Source: Acidimicrobiaceae bacterium
GTDB taxonomy: Bacteria; Actinomycetota; Acidimicrobiia; Acidimicrobiales; RAAP-2
Direction of reading: 5' to 3'
Length of the DNA stretch: 64,000 nt
Assembly (NCBI GenBank): GCA_027451285.1
Contig: DAIDJP010000019.1
Location: 9,041-73,040 of the forward strand
In this document: positions 46,352 through 56,139 of the stretch, one piece after another
How the letters are laid out: every line of letters starts with the position of its first letter
Position numbering within the stretch: the stretch's first letter is position 1
The notes under the pieces: model-generated
The model's input: only the letters and a program-made list of their open reading frames with translations
Databases searched by the model: none
What the model was told of the DNA's origin: nothing
Made by a program: the position numbers and the translations under genes

Positions 46352-46828
46352 ATGTCTCCTATCTACGAATACCACCGTCACCCGCGCGTGGGCGAGCTGG
46401 CCAAGGGCGAGCCCGTCAAGTCCACTGACGTGCGACGGCTCAACCACCCCAACCTCTTCGTGCGCTTCAACTCGCGCTTCGGGCTCAAGATCACCCTGAT
46501 CGTGGGAACGATGTGGGCCGCGTACCTCTTCACGATCCTCGCGCTCTTCGCCCTGCCTTCGGCGATCCACCAGGGCGTCTACTACGTCATCGTGTGGCTC
46601 TCGTCGAGCTTCTTGCAGTTGGTTCTCCTGCCCATCATCATCGTGGGTCAGAACATCCAGGCCGCGACCGCCGACAAGCGCGCCGAGGACACCTACAAGG
46701 ACGCCGAGGCCGTCTTGAAGGAGTCCGAGGAGATCCAAAAGCACCTCCTCGCCCAGGACCAGGTGATCTCGGACATCCTGGCGCACCTGGCGGCGATTCG
46801 CTCCGCGCCCCCGGCCCCGACGGCGTAG
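46352..46828 (+). CDS. DUF1003-like membrane protein
   Basis: GTMW--YLF, WLSSSFLQLVLLPIIIVGQN, DKRAE-TY. Confidence 0.7.
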   Translation: MSPIYEYHRHPRVGELAKGEPVKSTDVRRLNHPNLFVRFNSRFGLKITLIVGTMWAAYLFTILALFALPSAIHQGVYYVIVWLSSSFLQLVLLPIIIVGQNIQAATADKRAEDTYKDAEAVLKESEEIQKHLLAQDQVISDILAHLAAIRSAPPAPTA

Positions 46829-46837
46829 CGTGGCGGG

Positions 46838-46972
46838 GTGGATCTCGCCGCGCTGACCACCCTCTCGACGAACGTGCACCGCGGGGTGGCCCTGCCCATC
46901 GCGCGGGCCGTCGTGATCATCATCCCCCTCACGTTGCTGAGCGTCTTCTGGTGGCTGCGCCGACACCGTTGA
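46838..46972 (+). CDS. Putative 44-aa single-TM microprotein
   Basis: MDLAALTTLSTNVHRGVALPIARAVVIIIPLTLLSVFWWLRRHR; TAGCGT -10 + 6 nt + GTG; TGA overlaps the TTG of the next gene. Confidence 0.5.
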   Translation: MDLAALTTLSTNVHRGVALPIARAVVIIIPLTLLSVFWWLRRHR

Positions 46973-47769
46973 CATATTCGGCGCTCGACCCCCGCGGCTG
47001 GCGCCTGGCCATGGGGCTGCGGCCCCTCGCTCCCGAGCACTGGCTCGAGGTCGACGCGAACCGCGACGCCGAGCTGGCCCGAAAGTCCGATCTGCTGGCC
47101 CGCGAGCGCTCGACGGTCCTCGCCATCACGGGCGAGGGCGAGGACGCCTGCCGCGAACTCCTCGAGGAGGTCACGGCGTCACTGCGCCGCTACCACCCCG
47201 GCGTCGCGGTGGAGGTGGACGAGTCCGAGCACCCCCTCGTCGCCGCGAGCCGACTGGTCCAAGAGGACCTGTGCGTCCTGGAACGCCACGACGAGTGGCG
47301 CCTGGTCGCGGCCTGCGTGTGCTTTCCCTCGCGCTGGAGCCTGGCGGAGAAGATTGGCACGTCCCTCGACGCCATCCACTCGCCGGTGCCGGGTTACGAC
47401 GAGTCCCTGGCCGCGCCGACGCGCAAGGTCTTCGACCGGCTCGAGCCCGACAGATCGTTCTGGCGCCTGAACTGGACGCTGCTCGACAACGCCGACCTGT
47501 TCCAGCCCGCGGTGGCGCGCGTGCCCGGCGAGTCCGCTCCCGAGGACTGGTTCTTTCGCGTCGAGCGCCAGACGATCCGCCGCCTCGCGCGCAGCCGGGC
47601 GATCGTCTTCACGATCCGCACCTACGTCAGCGCGCTCTCGAGCCTGCTCGGCGACGAGGAGTTCACCGAGAACCTGCTGCGCGCACTGCGCAGCGCGCCG
47701 CCGGCCACGCGCGAGTACAAGGGCTGGGGCGACATCGCCGAGCGTCTGGCGCAGAGGACCGGCCGATGA
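46969..47769 (+). CDS. DUF3445 / heme-dependent oxidative N-demethylase alpha-subunit-like protein
   Basis: MGLRPL----WLE-D, VQEDLC, CFPSRWSL-EKIG, IH-PVPGY, R-NW, RVERQT-RRL, FTIRTY. Confidence 0.85.
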   Translation: MTYSALDPRGWRLAMGLRPLAPEHWLEVDANRDAELARKSDLLARERSTVLAITGEGEDACRELLEEVTASLRRYHPGVAVEVDESEHPLVAASRLVQEDLCVLERHDEWRLVAACVCFPSRWSLAEKIGTSLDAIHSPVPGYDESLAAPTRKVFDRLEPDRSFWRLNWTLLDNADLFQPAVARVPGESAPEDWFFRVERQTIRRLARSRAIVFTIRTYVSALSSLLGDEEFTENLLRALRSAPPATREYKGWGDIAERLAQRTGR

Positions 47770-48254
47770 GAGCACGCGTCGTGCTCGTGGCGGCGCTGGC
47801 CCTGTTCGCGACGGCCCTGCCGGCCGGCGCCGCGCGCAACCCGGGCCTTCCCAACGCGCGACTCACGCCGGGGGCCACGAATCCGGCGGTGCGCCAGACG
47901 ACGATCCACTCGACGATCTGCGTGGCGGGCTACTCCTCGTCGATCCGCCCCTCCGAGAGCTACACCGAGCGGCTCAAGTTCTCCCAGCTCGACGGCGGCT
48001 ACAACCTGCGCGGCGACACCCGCGCGTCGCACTACGAGGAGGACCACCTGATCCCCCTCGAGGTGGGCGGCAGTGCGACCTCGGTGAAGAACCTCTGGCC
48101 CGAGCCGCGCTACGTCACCTGGGGCGCGGCGAAGAAGGACGCGCTCGAGAACCGCCTGCACGCGCTGGTGTGCTCAGGCGTGGTGCCCCTGGTGACGGCC
48201 CAGCGGGTGTTCGCGACCAACTGGATCGCCGGCTATCAGCGCTACGTTGGCTAG
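47766..48254 (+). CDS. Secreted HNH-like protein
   Basis: Signal peptide; TPGA-NP, TIC--GY---IRP, EEDHLIPLEVGG---KNLWPEP. Confidence 0.7.
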   Translation: MRARVVLVAALALFATALPAGAARNPGLPNARLTPGATNPAVRQTTIHSTICVAGYSSSIRPSESYTERLKFSQLDGGYNLRGDTRASHYEEDHLIPLEVGGSATSVKNLWPEPRYVTWGAAKKDALENRLHALVCSGVVPLVTAQRVFATNWIAGYQRYVG

Positions 48255-49459
48255 CGGGCCAACAGATCCTTCGCGATGGCCACGACCTGCATCTCGTCGG
48301 TGCCGGCGTAGATGCGTAGCACCCGCGCGTCGCGGCTGAGCTGCTCGACCCGGTAGTCGGTCACGTAGCCGTTGCCCCCGAAGACCTGGATGGCGTCGTC
48401 GGCGACCTGACAGGCGGCCTGGGCGGCGTAGAGCTTCATCGCCGAGGCCTCGGCGAGGGTGGGCGTCGCGCCGGCCAGGCTGCGCTCGACGTGGGCGAAG
48501 ACGAGGTTGGCGACGTTCACGCGCGCCACCTCCATCTGGGCGAGCTTGAGCTGGACGAGCTGGAAGTCGGCGATCGGCCGGGACCAGAGCGTGCGCGACT
48601 TCGCGTAGTCCACGCTCAGGCGCAGGCACTCTTCGATGATGCCGAGCGACATCGCCGCCACCCCGGCGCGCTCGGTGACGAAGTTGTCCTTGGCGCTCGC
48701 GCGACCGCCGCCGCGCGGCGTTTCGCTCTCGCCGAGCAGGCGGTCAGCCTCGACGCGCACGTCGCTCAAGAAGACGTCGCCGGTGGGCGAGGCGTGCTGG
48801 CCCATCTTGCGCATGGGCGGGCGCTGATCGAGCCCGTCCATGCCGGCGTCGAGCACGAAGGTCAGCACGGGGCGCTGGCGCACGTCGAGACCGGAGCCGT
48901 CGTCGAGCTTCGCGTAGAGGACAATGGTGTCGGCGTAGGGGCCGTTGGTGATCCAGGTCTTCTGGCCGTTGATGATGTAGCCGCCCTCGACGCGCCGCGC
49001 ACTCGTGCGCATGCCGCCCAGGGCGTCCGAACCCGAGTCGGGCTCGGTCAGTGCCCAGGCTCCGACCTTGTCGAGGGTGACGAGATCGCGGCCCCAGCGC
49101 TCCATCTGGGCCGGCGTTCCGAGCTTGGCGATGGTGCCGGCGGCCAGGCCCACCGAGACCCCGAGCGACGTGACGAGTCCCGGGCTCACCCGGCACAGTT
49201 CGATGGTCGACAGCAGCGAGGCTGAGGGGTCCGAGGGGCGCTCGCGCGTCTCCACGTTGTCGACCTTGCGCGCGAGGGACCGCTCGAAGGACTCCAGGGC
49301 CATCTCGCGGATGCCGAAGGTTCGATAGAGCAGGCGCAGCACCTCGTAGGGCGGCTCCCCGTTGTGCTCGAGGTCATCGAGGCGCGGGCGGATCTCTTCG
49401 TCGACGAAGCGGCGAAGCGCCTCGGCGATCGCACGGTGCTCCGGCGACCACTCGTACAC
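48251..49459 (-). CDS. Acyl-CoA dehydrogenase
   Basis: ALTEPDSGSDA, NGQKTWITNG, A-QVFGGNGY--DY-VE---RDA---IYAGT-E-Q. Confidence 0.95.
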   Translation of the reverse strand: MYEWSPEHRAIAEALRRFVDEEIRPRLDDLEHNGEPPYEVLRLLYRTFGIREMALESFERSLARKVDNVETRERPSDPSASLLSTIELCRVSPGLVTSLGVSVGLAAGTIAKLGTPAQMERWGRDLVTLDKVGAWALTEPDSGSDALGGMRTSARRVEGGYIINGQKTWITNGPYADTIVLYAKLDDGSGLDVRQRPVLTFVLDAGMDGLDQRPPMRKMGQHASPTGDVFLSDVRVEADRLLGESETPRGGGRASAKDNFVTERAGVAAMSLGIIEECLRLSVDYAKSRTLWSRPIADFQLVQLKLAQMEVARVNVANLVFAHVERSLAGATPTLAEASAMKLYAAQAACQVADDAIQVFGGNGYVTDYRVEQLSRDARVLRIYAGTDEMQVVAIAKDLLAR

Positions 49460-49463
49460 GGCG

Positions 49464-50030
49464 CTAGGCCTCCCAGCTGACTCGCTTCAGGGTGTTGCGG
49501 TCCGTGTGCATCACGACGGTCGGGGACTTCTTGTGCTCGATGACCGTGGTCTCGTCGTAGGAGAAGGTGTCGCCGTTGACCGTGATCGTCACGTCGAAGC
49601 GGGTGGTGTGGGCGATGCGGTCCAGGTACGGGTTCGAGAGGATCCCGTAGATGTTCGATCCCAGCACCGACTCGAGACGAAACGACGTCGCGTCCGCCTC
49701 GACGGTGCCGCCGGCGATCAGGGTCTGGGCGCGCGGGATGATGAAGCAGCGCATCACCTGCTTTTCGGCGGCGTCCCACATCCAGTAGCCGATCTCGGTG
49801 TGAAAGGGCAGGTCCTCGCCCTCGCGGTAGATCGCGGTGCGGTAGTCGAGCCCGTAGAGGTGCTGCTCGCCGTTGTCGACCGGCCCGAAGTTCTTGAAGG
49901 TGGTCTTCTCACGGTAGGGCGTCTCTTCGATCTTGCCCTCGATGTTGTGATACGAGACGTCGAGGCCGTCGAGGCCAGATTCCCAGGTGCCGATGAGTCC
50001 GGCGAGCGGTCCCCACTCTTCGAAGGCCAT
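49464..50030 (-). CDS. Nitrobindin / FABP-like heme-binding beta-barrel protein
   Basis: GPLAGLIGTWE, FHTEIGYW, C-terminal HTDRNTLKR; GGAG SD. Confidence 0.85.
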   Translation of the reverse strand: MAFEEWGPLAGLIGTWESGLDGLDVSYHNIEGKIEETPYREKTTFKNFGPVDNGEQHLYGLDYRTAIYREGEDLPFHTEIGYWMWDAAEKQVMRCFIIPRAQTLIAGGTVEADATSFRLESVLGSNIYGILSNPYLDRIAHTTRFDVTITVNGDTFSYDETTVIEHKKSPTVVMHTDRNTLKRVSWEA

Positions 50031-50070
50031 GTTGATCTCCTTTGTGGGCGCGCCTCGCCCGAGGATCATT

Positions 50071-50682
50071 CTAGGACTCGACGAGCGTCGAGCCCGAGGG
50101 CGTCGCGTCCAGCGCGCCCAGGGCGCCCAGGTGGGTCAGTCCCACGAGGACCGGCGCGACGGCCAGCCAGGCCTGGGCGTGGGCCCCGGCGATGAACACG
50201 ATGAGGATGACGGCCTCGGAGACGACGCGCCGCGTCGGCCAGCGCCCCTCGAGCGCCTCGCCGAGCAGGCCCGAGACGAAGAGGACGTTCACCCCCGGCA
50301 GGACCGCCGTGGGCGTCCATCGCCCCAGCAGCGCGCGGGCGCCCAGCGCGTAGAGGACGCTGCCCAGCGTGAGCAGTCCGATCGCGAGGTCCGAGGCCGC
50401 GAGGGCGAACCATGTGGGCGAGGGGTGCGCGGTGCCCGGCCAGTGCGCCAGGACGCTCACGAGCAGACCGAGCCCGGCGAAGAGACTCACCACGCCGTAG
50501 CGGCGAAGGAACGCCGGCGCCGACGCGTAGGTCGCGGTCCTCGGGGGCCGCGCGTCGCGCGCGAGCTCGCTGTAGGGGCGGGTGGTGTCGGACCACTCGG
50601 TGCCGGTCCAGACCCGCCACTGGCGTTCACCGCCCGGATCGGGGTACCAGCCCGGCGGCGCGGGCGACGTCGCGGAATTCAC
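50071..50682 (-). CDS. DUF2510-domain membrane protein
   Basis: PPGWYPDPGG--QWR-W-G-EWSD-T followed by four TM helices. Confidence 0.75.
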   Translation of the reverse strand: MNSATSPAPPGWYPDPGGERQWRVWTGTEWSDTTRPYSELARDARPPRTATYASAPAFLRRYGVVSLFAGLGLLVSVLAHWPGTAHPSPTWFALAASDLAIGLLTLGSVLYALGARALLGRWTPTAVLPGVNVLFVSGLLGEALEGRWPTRRVVSEAVILIVFIAGAHAQAWLAVAPVLVGLTHLGALGALDATPSGSTLVES

Positions 50683-50722
50683 CGCTGTATCCTCCCATAC
50701 CAACGGGGGGAAGGATACGGCG

Positions 50723-52462
50723 ATGACATACGTGCGAGGCGCGGCGGCGCCTACGTCGGGCAACCAGGACCGCGGACCGTTCGAGACCTCAGTCCTCGAC
50801 GCGGCGCTCGAGCGCGTGGCGGCGACGGCGAGCGAGTGGGTGGCGGTGAGCCCGCGCGATCGCGCCCGCCTGCTCGAGCGGGTGATCGCCGACACCATGG
50901 CCGTGGCCGAGGAGTGGAACGACGCGGCCTGTGCGGCCAAGGGCCTCGACCCCCACGGTCCGGACGGTGGCGAGGAGCTCTTCAGCGGCGTCGGGACGTT
51001 CGTACGCATGGCCCAGGCCCTGCGCCAGTCGATGCTCGACCACGCCGCGACAGGCCGTCCGCGCTACCCCGGCCCCGTGCACCACCGTCCGGGTGATCGC
51101 ATCGCGGTCCAGGTGATGCCGGCAAACGTCTTCGAGCGAATCCTCTACGCGGGCGTCTCCGCCGAGGTCTGGATGGAGCCGGGGGTGACCGAGGACGAGG
51201 TGCGCGCGACCCAGGCCCGGGCGTACCGCGAGACCCCGACCGCCGGGGTGGCCCTCGTGCTCGGCGCCGGCAACGTCGCCTCCTTGGGACCACGCGACGT
51301 GTTGAGCAAACTCTTCGCTGACAACCGGGTCGTCGTCTTGAAGGCCAACCCGGTGAACGACTACCTCGTGCCCTACTGGGAGCGGGCGATGGCCGCGCTG
51401 ATCGAGCGCGGGTACCTCGCGATCGTCGCGGGCGGCGCCGAGATCGGCGCGTATCTGACGGGCCACGACCTCGTCGACGAGATCCACGTCACGGGCAGCG
51501 ACAAGACCCACGACGCGATCGTCTTCGGAGTCGGCGAGGAGGGCGAGCGGCGCAAGTTGGCGCGCGATCCTCTGATCACCAAGCCGGTCACCTGCGAGTT
51601 GGGCAACGTCTCGCCGGTCGTCATCGTTCCCGGCGAGTGGAGCGAGGCCGAGATCGCCTACCAGGCCGCTCACGTGGCGACGATGCTCGTCAACAACGCC
51701 GGGTTCAACTGCTTGAGCCCGCGCGTGCTGATCACCCACGCGGGCTGGGCCCAGCGTGAGGCGTTCCTCGCCGCCCTCGAGGCCACGTTCGCCGCGATCC
51801 CCACCCGGCGCGCCTACTACCCGGGCGCCCGTGCGCGCTGGGACTCGTTCATCGTGGCGCACCCCGACGCGCGCCAGATCGGCGACGCGCCGGGCGAGAA
51901 CCTGCCCTGGACGCTGGTGCGTGACGTCGACGCGAGCGACACGACCCAGATGTGCCTCAACGTGGAGGCCTTCTGCTCACTCACGAGTGAGACCGCGCTG
52001 GCCGCCGACTCGCCCGCCCAGTTCGTCGAGCGTGCGGTCGACTTCTGCAACGACGTGGTCTGGGGGACACTGTCGATGACCATCCTGGCGGACCCGCGCA
52101 CGATGAAGGACCCCGTCACCGGTGCGGCCATTGAGCGGGCGGTCGCCGATCTGCGCTACGGATCCATCGGCGTCAACCTGTGGCACGCGATGAGCTTCGC
52201 CTTCTCGACCACCACCTGGGGCGCGTACCCGGGACACGACATCACCGACATCCAATCGGGAGTGGGTTTCGTGGGCAACGCCTACCTCTTCGCCCGGCCC
52301 CAGAAGTCGGTCGTGCGCGGACCGTTCGTCTCGCGCCCGGCGCCACCGTGGTTCGCGACCAACCCGAACGGCGCCACGGTGATGCGCAAGCTGCTGGCCT
52401 TCGAGGCGCGCCCGTCGTGGTCGCGGCTGCCCGGCCTTCTCGCCGCGGCGATGAAGCGCTAG
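50723..52462 (+). CDS. Aldehyde dehydrogenase family protein
   Basis: LGAGN, VLKANP, TGSDKT, CELGNVSP, GFNCL, E-FC. Confidence 0.88.
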   Translation: MTYVRGAAAPTSGNQDRGPFETSVLDAALERVAATASEWVAVSPRDRARLLERVIADTMAVAEEWNDAACAAKGLDPHGPDGGEELFSGVGTFVRMAQALRQSMLDHAATGRPRYPGPVHHRPGDRIAVQVMPANVFERILYAGVSAEVWMEPGVTEDEVRATQARAYRETPTAGVALVLGAGNVASLGPRDVLSKLFADNRVVVLKANPVNDYLVPYWERAMAALIERGYLAIVAGGAEIGAYLTGHDLVDEIHVTGSDKTHDAIVFGVGEEGERRKLARDPLITKPVTCELGNVSPVVIVPGEWSEAEIAYQAAHVATMLVNNAGFNCLSPRVLITHAGWAQREAFLAALEATFAAIPTRRAYYPGARARWDSFIVAHPDARQIGDAPGENLPWTLVRDVDASDTTQMCLNVEAFCSLTSETALAADSPAQFVERAVDFCNDVVWGTLSMTILADPRTMKDPVTGAAIERAVADLRYGSIGVNLWHAMSFAFSTTTWGAYPGHDITDIQSGVGFVGNAYLFARPQKSVVRGPFVSRPAPPWFATNPNGATVMRKLLAFEARPSWSRLPGLLAAAMKR

Positions 52463-53472
52463 TTGGAGAAGGCCACGAGGGTGCTCGCGCCGATCGCGAC
52501 GCAGGTGTGCTTCGCGCAGGCCGCGCCGATCAGGGGTTCGGGCACGTAGGCGAGCGCGAGGGCGCGCTCGCGGCGCTTTAGAACACGCGCGAGCGAACCC
52601 TGGCCGCTCGGCGTCTGTCCCGCCACGATGCAGTGCGTCAGGTCCGAACAGGCGACCGCGCGCGTCGACGCATCGAGCGCGAGCGTCGTCCAGGTCGCAC
52701 CGAAGTCGCGGCTTCGCACCAGGGAGGCGCCGCCGCCCACGGCGAGGGCCGCGCAGTGCGTGGACCAGCAGGTGAGATCGCTGAGCGAGCGCCACGTACT
52801 CGGCACCGCCAGCGCCGTCCACGTCGCGCCCGCGTCGCCCGTCGACTCCAATAGAACCGACGTCGCGGCGCTCGCGGCCACCAGGCAGTTCGTCGCGGCG
52901 CACGAGAGGGCCGTCACGGTCGCGTTCTGCGTCCAGGGCACCGCCACCGGCGCCGTCCACGTCGCGCCCGCGTCGCTCGTGAAGGCGAGACGCGCGGGGC
53001 CCACCGCGCTCGTCGAGTCCACGAGCGCGCACGCGCTGTCGCTCGCGCACGACAGGGCACGAACGTCCTGGGCCCCGGGCGGCGCGGTCAGTGGGCTCAG
53101 CGTGTGCGACGTCGCGTCGAAGCGCCACAGGAACGTTCCCGCGGGTTGTGCGCCACCCACGAGGCAGGTCGTCGCGGCGCACGAGATCGCCTCGATTCGC
53201 GCCGACGGTGCCGCCGGGGCGATCAGGGCGCGCCAGGGACCGCGCGCTGCGCGGTACTCGGCCACGGTGGTGAGCCCACCGAGGCGATTCGACGCGCCGA
53301 CGGCGAGGCAGGTGCCACTCGTCGTGCAGGCGACGCTCGACAACGGGACCTCGATGCTCGCCGAGGGAACTCCGGTGATCGGCGGAGCCGCCGCCGGCGC
53401 GGATCCGCAGGCCGACAGGAGGAGTGACGCCGCGGCAATGGCCATCGGGCGCCCCCTTCGCAGAATCCTCAT
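52459..53472 (-). CDS. Lipoprotein with seven Cys-pair repeats (probable beta-propeller)
   Basis: Lipobox LSAC; repeats such as LSSVACTTSGTCLAV and IEAISCAATTCLV; partial Asp boxes TSDAGATW and TGDAGATW. Confidence 0.7.
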   Translation of the reverse strand: MRILRRGRPMAIAAASLLLSACGSAPAAAPPITGVPSASIEVPLSSVACTTSGTCLAVGASNRLGGLTTVAEYRAARGPWRALIAPAAPSARIEAISCAATTCLVGGAQPAGTFLWRFDATSHTLSPLTAPPGAQDVRALSCASDSACALVDSTSAVGPARLAFTSDAGATWTAPVAVPWTQNATVTALSCAATNCLVAASAATSVLLESTGDAGATWTALAVPSTWRSLSDLTCWSTHCAALAVGGGASLVRSRDFGATWTTLALDASTRAVACSDLTHCIVAGQTPSGQGSLARVLKRRERALALAYVPEPLIGAACAKHTCVAIGASTLVAFSN

Positions 53473-53573
53473 CGCACTCAATCTCCCCGGGGCGACGCGG
53501 CGTCGGTCGCTGGGACGATGTTACGGGGCTGGGGTAGCGCCGATGGCGCAGGTCCAGACCTAGCCTGGGCCTG

Positions 53574-54722
53574 GTGAGCTGGGTCGACCTCTTCATTCTT
53601 GCGGTTCTCGTGCTCGCGGGACTGCGCGGGTGGGTCGCCGGCGCCCTGCGACAACTCGGCGGACTGGTGGGATTCCTGGTGGGGTTCCTCCTGGGTGTTC
53701 AGTTCGCCCCGGCGCTCGCGACTCGCATCACGCAGTCCGCGTGGCGTCCGGGCATCGCCATCGGGCTCATCTTGGGGTGCGCCATCGTGGTGTCCTCGCT
53801 CGGACACCTCGGGGGCGCGGCGGTCAGTCGCGCCCTGCACGCGGTCAAGCTCGGGCTCGTCGACCGTCTGGGCGGCGTCGCGGTTGGCGTCGTCGGCGCG
53901 CTGCTGCTGTGCTGGCTGGTGGCGGGACTCCTCGCCTCGACGGCCTGGGGGTCGCTCGCCGGAGGCATCCAGAACTCGGCGGTGTTGAGGTTCCTCGACA
54001 CCGCGCTGCCGCCGGTGCCGGCGGTCGAGGCGCGCGTGCAGGCGCTCTTTCGCGGCGTGGACTTTCCCAACGTCTTCGCGACACTCATCTCGCCGACGCC
54101 CCCCAACGCCGGCCCGGTCACGCTCGGGCCGCTCGAGCCCAACCTCGCCGGACCGACGTCGGTCGTGAAGATCCTCGCCGGCGGGGGTTGCTCGGTGAAC
54201 CACGAGGGAACCGGATTCTTCGTAGCGCCCCACGAGGTCGTCACCAACGCGCACGTGGTGGCTGGATCGCACGTGGTGACCGTGGGCGGCTCACCCGCGA
54301 GCGTCGTGCTCTTCGACCCTCTCCAGGACCTGGCCGTGCTGCGCGTGAGTGGCTTGTCGGAGAGTCCGCTCGCCCTCGACAATCGGGCGCCGGCCCCCGG
54401 CACCGCCGCGCGCGTCGTGGGCTTCCCCCTCAACGGCACGCGCACCGGTGCACCGGCGGTCGTTCGCGGCGACGTCTCGGGTCAGGCGCGCGACATCTAC
54501 AACCGTCAGCTCTTCACACGCACCCTCGAGGTGGTCAGTGTCGACGTTCAACCCGGCAATTCGGGCAGCCCCCTGCTCGTAGGGGGCCACGTCGCGGGCG
54601 TCATCGTCTCCAAGTCACTCAGTGAGGCCCAGACCGCCTACGCGATCCCGGTCTCGGTTCTGCGCACCGACCTCGCCCACGTATCGGGCGCGGCGGTGTC
54701 GACGCAGAGCTGTTCGCCCTAA
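53574..54722 (+). CDS. marP: MarP-family serine protease (CvpA TM domain + trypsin domain)
   Basis: VVTNAHVVAG, DLAVL, PGNSGSPL, N-terminal colicin V production-like helices; leaderless TAGCCT. Confidence 0.85.
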   Translation: MSWVDLFILAVLVLAGLRGWVAGALRQLGGLVGFLVGFLLGVQFAPALATRITQSAWRPGIAIGLILGCAIVVSSLGHLGGAAVSRALHAVKLGLVDRLGGVAVGVVGALLLCWLVAGLLASTAWGSLAGGIQNSAVLRFLDTALPPVPAVEARVQALFRGVDFPNVFATLISPTPPNAGPVTLGPLEPNLAGPTSVVKILAGGGCSVNHEGTGFFVAPHEVVTNAHVVAGSHVVTVGGSPASVVLFDPLQDLAVLRVSGLSESPLALDNRAPAPGTAARVVGFPLNGTRTGAPAVVRGDVSGQARDIYNRQLFTRTLEVVSVDVQPGNSGSPLLVGGHVAGVIVSKSLSEAQTAYAIPVSVLRTDLAHVSGAAVSTQSCSP

Positions 54723-56056
54723 CTGGCCGCGCGTACCGCCGCGGCGAGGACGCCGAGTCCGTCGGCCAGCTGCTCGTCGCTGATCACCAGAGGCGGCAGC
54801 AGACGAATCACGTTGCCGTAGGTGCCACACGCGAGGGCGATGACGCCCTGGGCGTTGCAGTACGAGACGATCGACTTCGCGGCGGCCGCGTTGGGCTTCT
54901 TGGTGCCCGGCTCGACCAGCTCGAAGGCGATCATCGCTCCGCGTCCGCGCACGTCGCCGATGATGGCGACGTCCTGGGCGAGGGAGTTCAGGTGCGCGAG
55001 CATGGTCGTTCCCAGCTCGCGGGCCCGGCTGGGCAGGTCGCGATCGCGCATCACCTTGATCGTCGCCAGCGCGGCGGCCGCGGCGACGGGGTTTCCGCCG
55101 TAGGTGCCGCCGAGTCCGCCCTCGTGCACCGCGTTCATCAACTCGGCGCGGCCGGTGACGCCCGCGAGCGGCATGCCGCCGGCGAGGCCCTTGGCCGTGG
55201 TGACGATGTCGGGGATGACCCCCTCGTGGTTCACCGCAAACCAGTCACCGGTGCGGCAGAAGCCGCTCTGGATCTCGTCGGCGATGAAGACGACGCCGTT
55301 CTTCTTGGTCCAGGCCGACAGCGCGGGCAGGAAGCCCTCGGCCGGCACGATGAACCCGCCCTCTCCCTGAATGGGCTCGATGAGCAGGGCCGCGACGTTG
55401 TGCGCCCCCACCTGGGACTCGATCTCGCCGATCGCACGCGCGGCGGCCTCGGCGCCGGAGAGTCCGTCGTGGAAGGGGTAGCTCATCGGCACGCGGTAGA
55501 TCTCGGGCGCGAAGGGCCCGAAGCGGTCCTTGTAGGGCATGTTCTTCGCGGTCAGGGCCATTGTGAGGTTGGTACGACCGTGGTACGCGTGGTCGAAGAC
55601 GATGACCGCCGGGCGACCCGTGGCCAGGCGCGCGACCTTGACGGCGTTCTCCACGGCCTCGGCGCCGGAGTTGAACAGGGCGGTCGTCTTGGCGTGATCT
55701 CCCGGGGTCAGGCGGGCCAGCTCCTCGCAGACCTCGACGTAGTTCGCGTAGGGGGTGACCATGAAGCACGTGTGCGTGAAGTTGGCGACCTGCGCGGAGA
55801 CGGCCTCGATGACCTCGGGCACGGCGTGGCCGATCGAGACCACCGCGATTCCCGAGCCGAGATCGAGCAGGTGGTTGCCGTCGACGTCTTCGAGGATGGC
55901 GCCCTCGGCGCGCTCGATGTAGACGGGAAAGCCGGTGGACAGACCCGCGCTGACGACGGCCTGGCGGCGCTCGTGCAGGGCTCGTGACTTCGGCCCGGGG
56001 ACTTCGGTGACCAGCTTGCGCTCGGTGCCGAGCGATGACGAAAGTGACGAAACCAC
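54719..56056 (-). CDS. gabT: 4-aminobutyrate aminotransferase
   Basis: DLGSGIAV, NSGAEAVENAVK, YHGRT, EPIQGEGG, DEIQSG, AKGLAGGMPL, CGTYGNVIR. Confidence 0.93.
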   Translation of the reverse strand: MVSSLSSSLGTERKLVTEVPGPKSRALHERRQAVVSAGLSTGFPVYIERAEGAILEDVDGNHLLDLGSGIAVVSIGHAVPEVIEAVSAQVANFTHTCFMVTPYANYVEVCEELARLTPGDHAKTTALFNSGAEAVENAVKVARLATGRPAVIVFDHAYHGRTNLTMALTAKNMPYKDRFGPFAPEIYRVPMSYPFHDGLSGAEAAARAIGEIESQVGAHNVAALLIEPIQGEGGFIVPAEGFLPALSAWTKKNGVVFIADEIQSGFCRTGDWFAVNHEGVIPDIVTTAKGLAGGMPLAGVTGRAELMNAVHEGGLGGTYGGNPVAAAAALATIKVMRDRDLPSRARELGTTMLAHLNSLAQDVAIIGDVRGRGAMIAFELVEPGTKKPNAAAAKSIVSYCNAQGVIALACGTYGNVIRLLPPLVISDEQLADGLGVLAAAVRAAS

Positions 56057-56139
56057 GGTGACTCCTCTGGGATCTGACTGGCGACTGGCCAGTCGCTGCC
56101 AGCGTAGTTCCACCCCCGCGAGGGTCACCAGTCGAGAAA

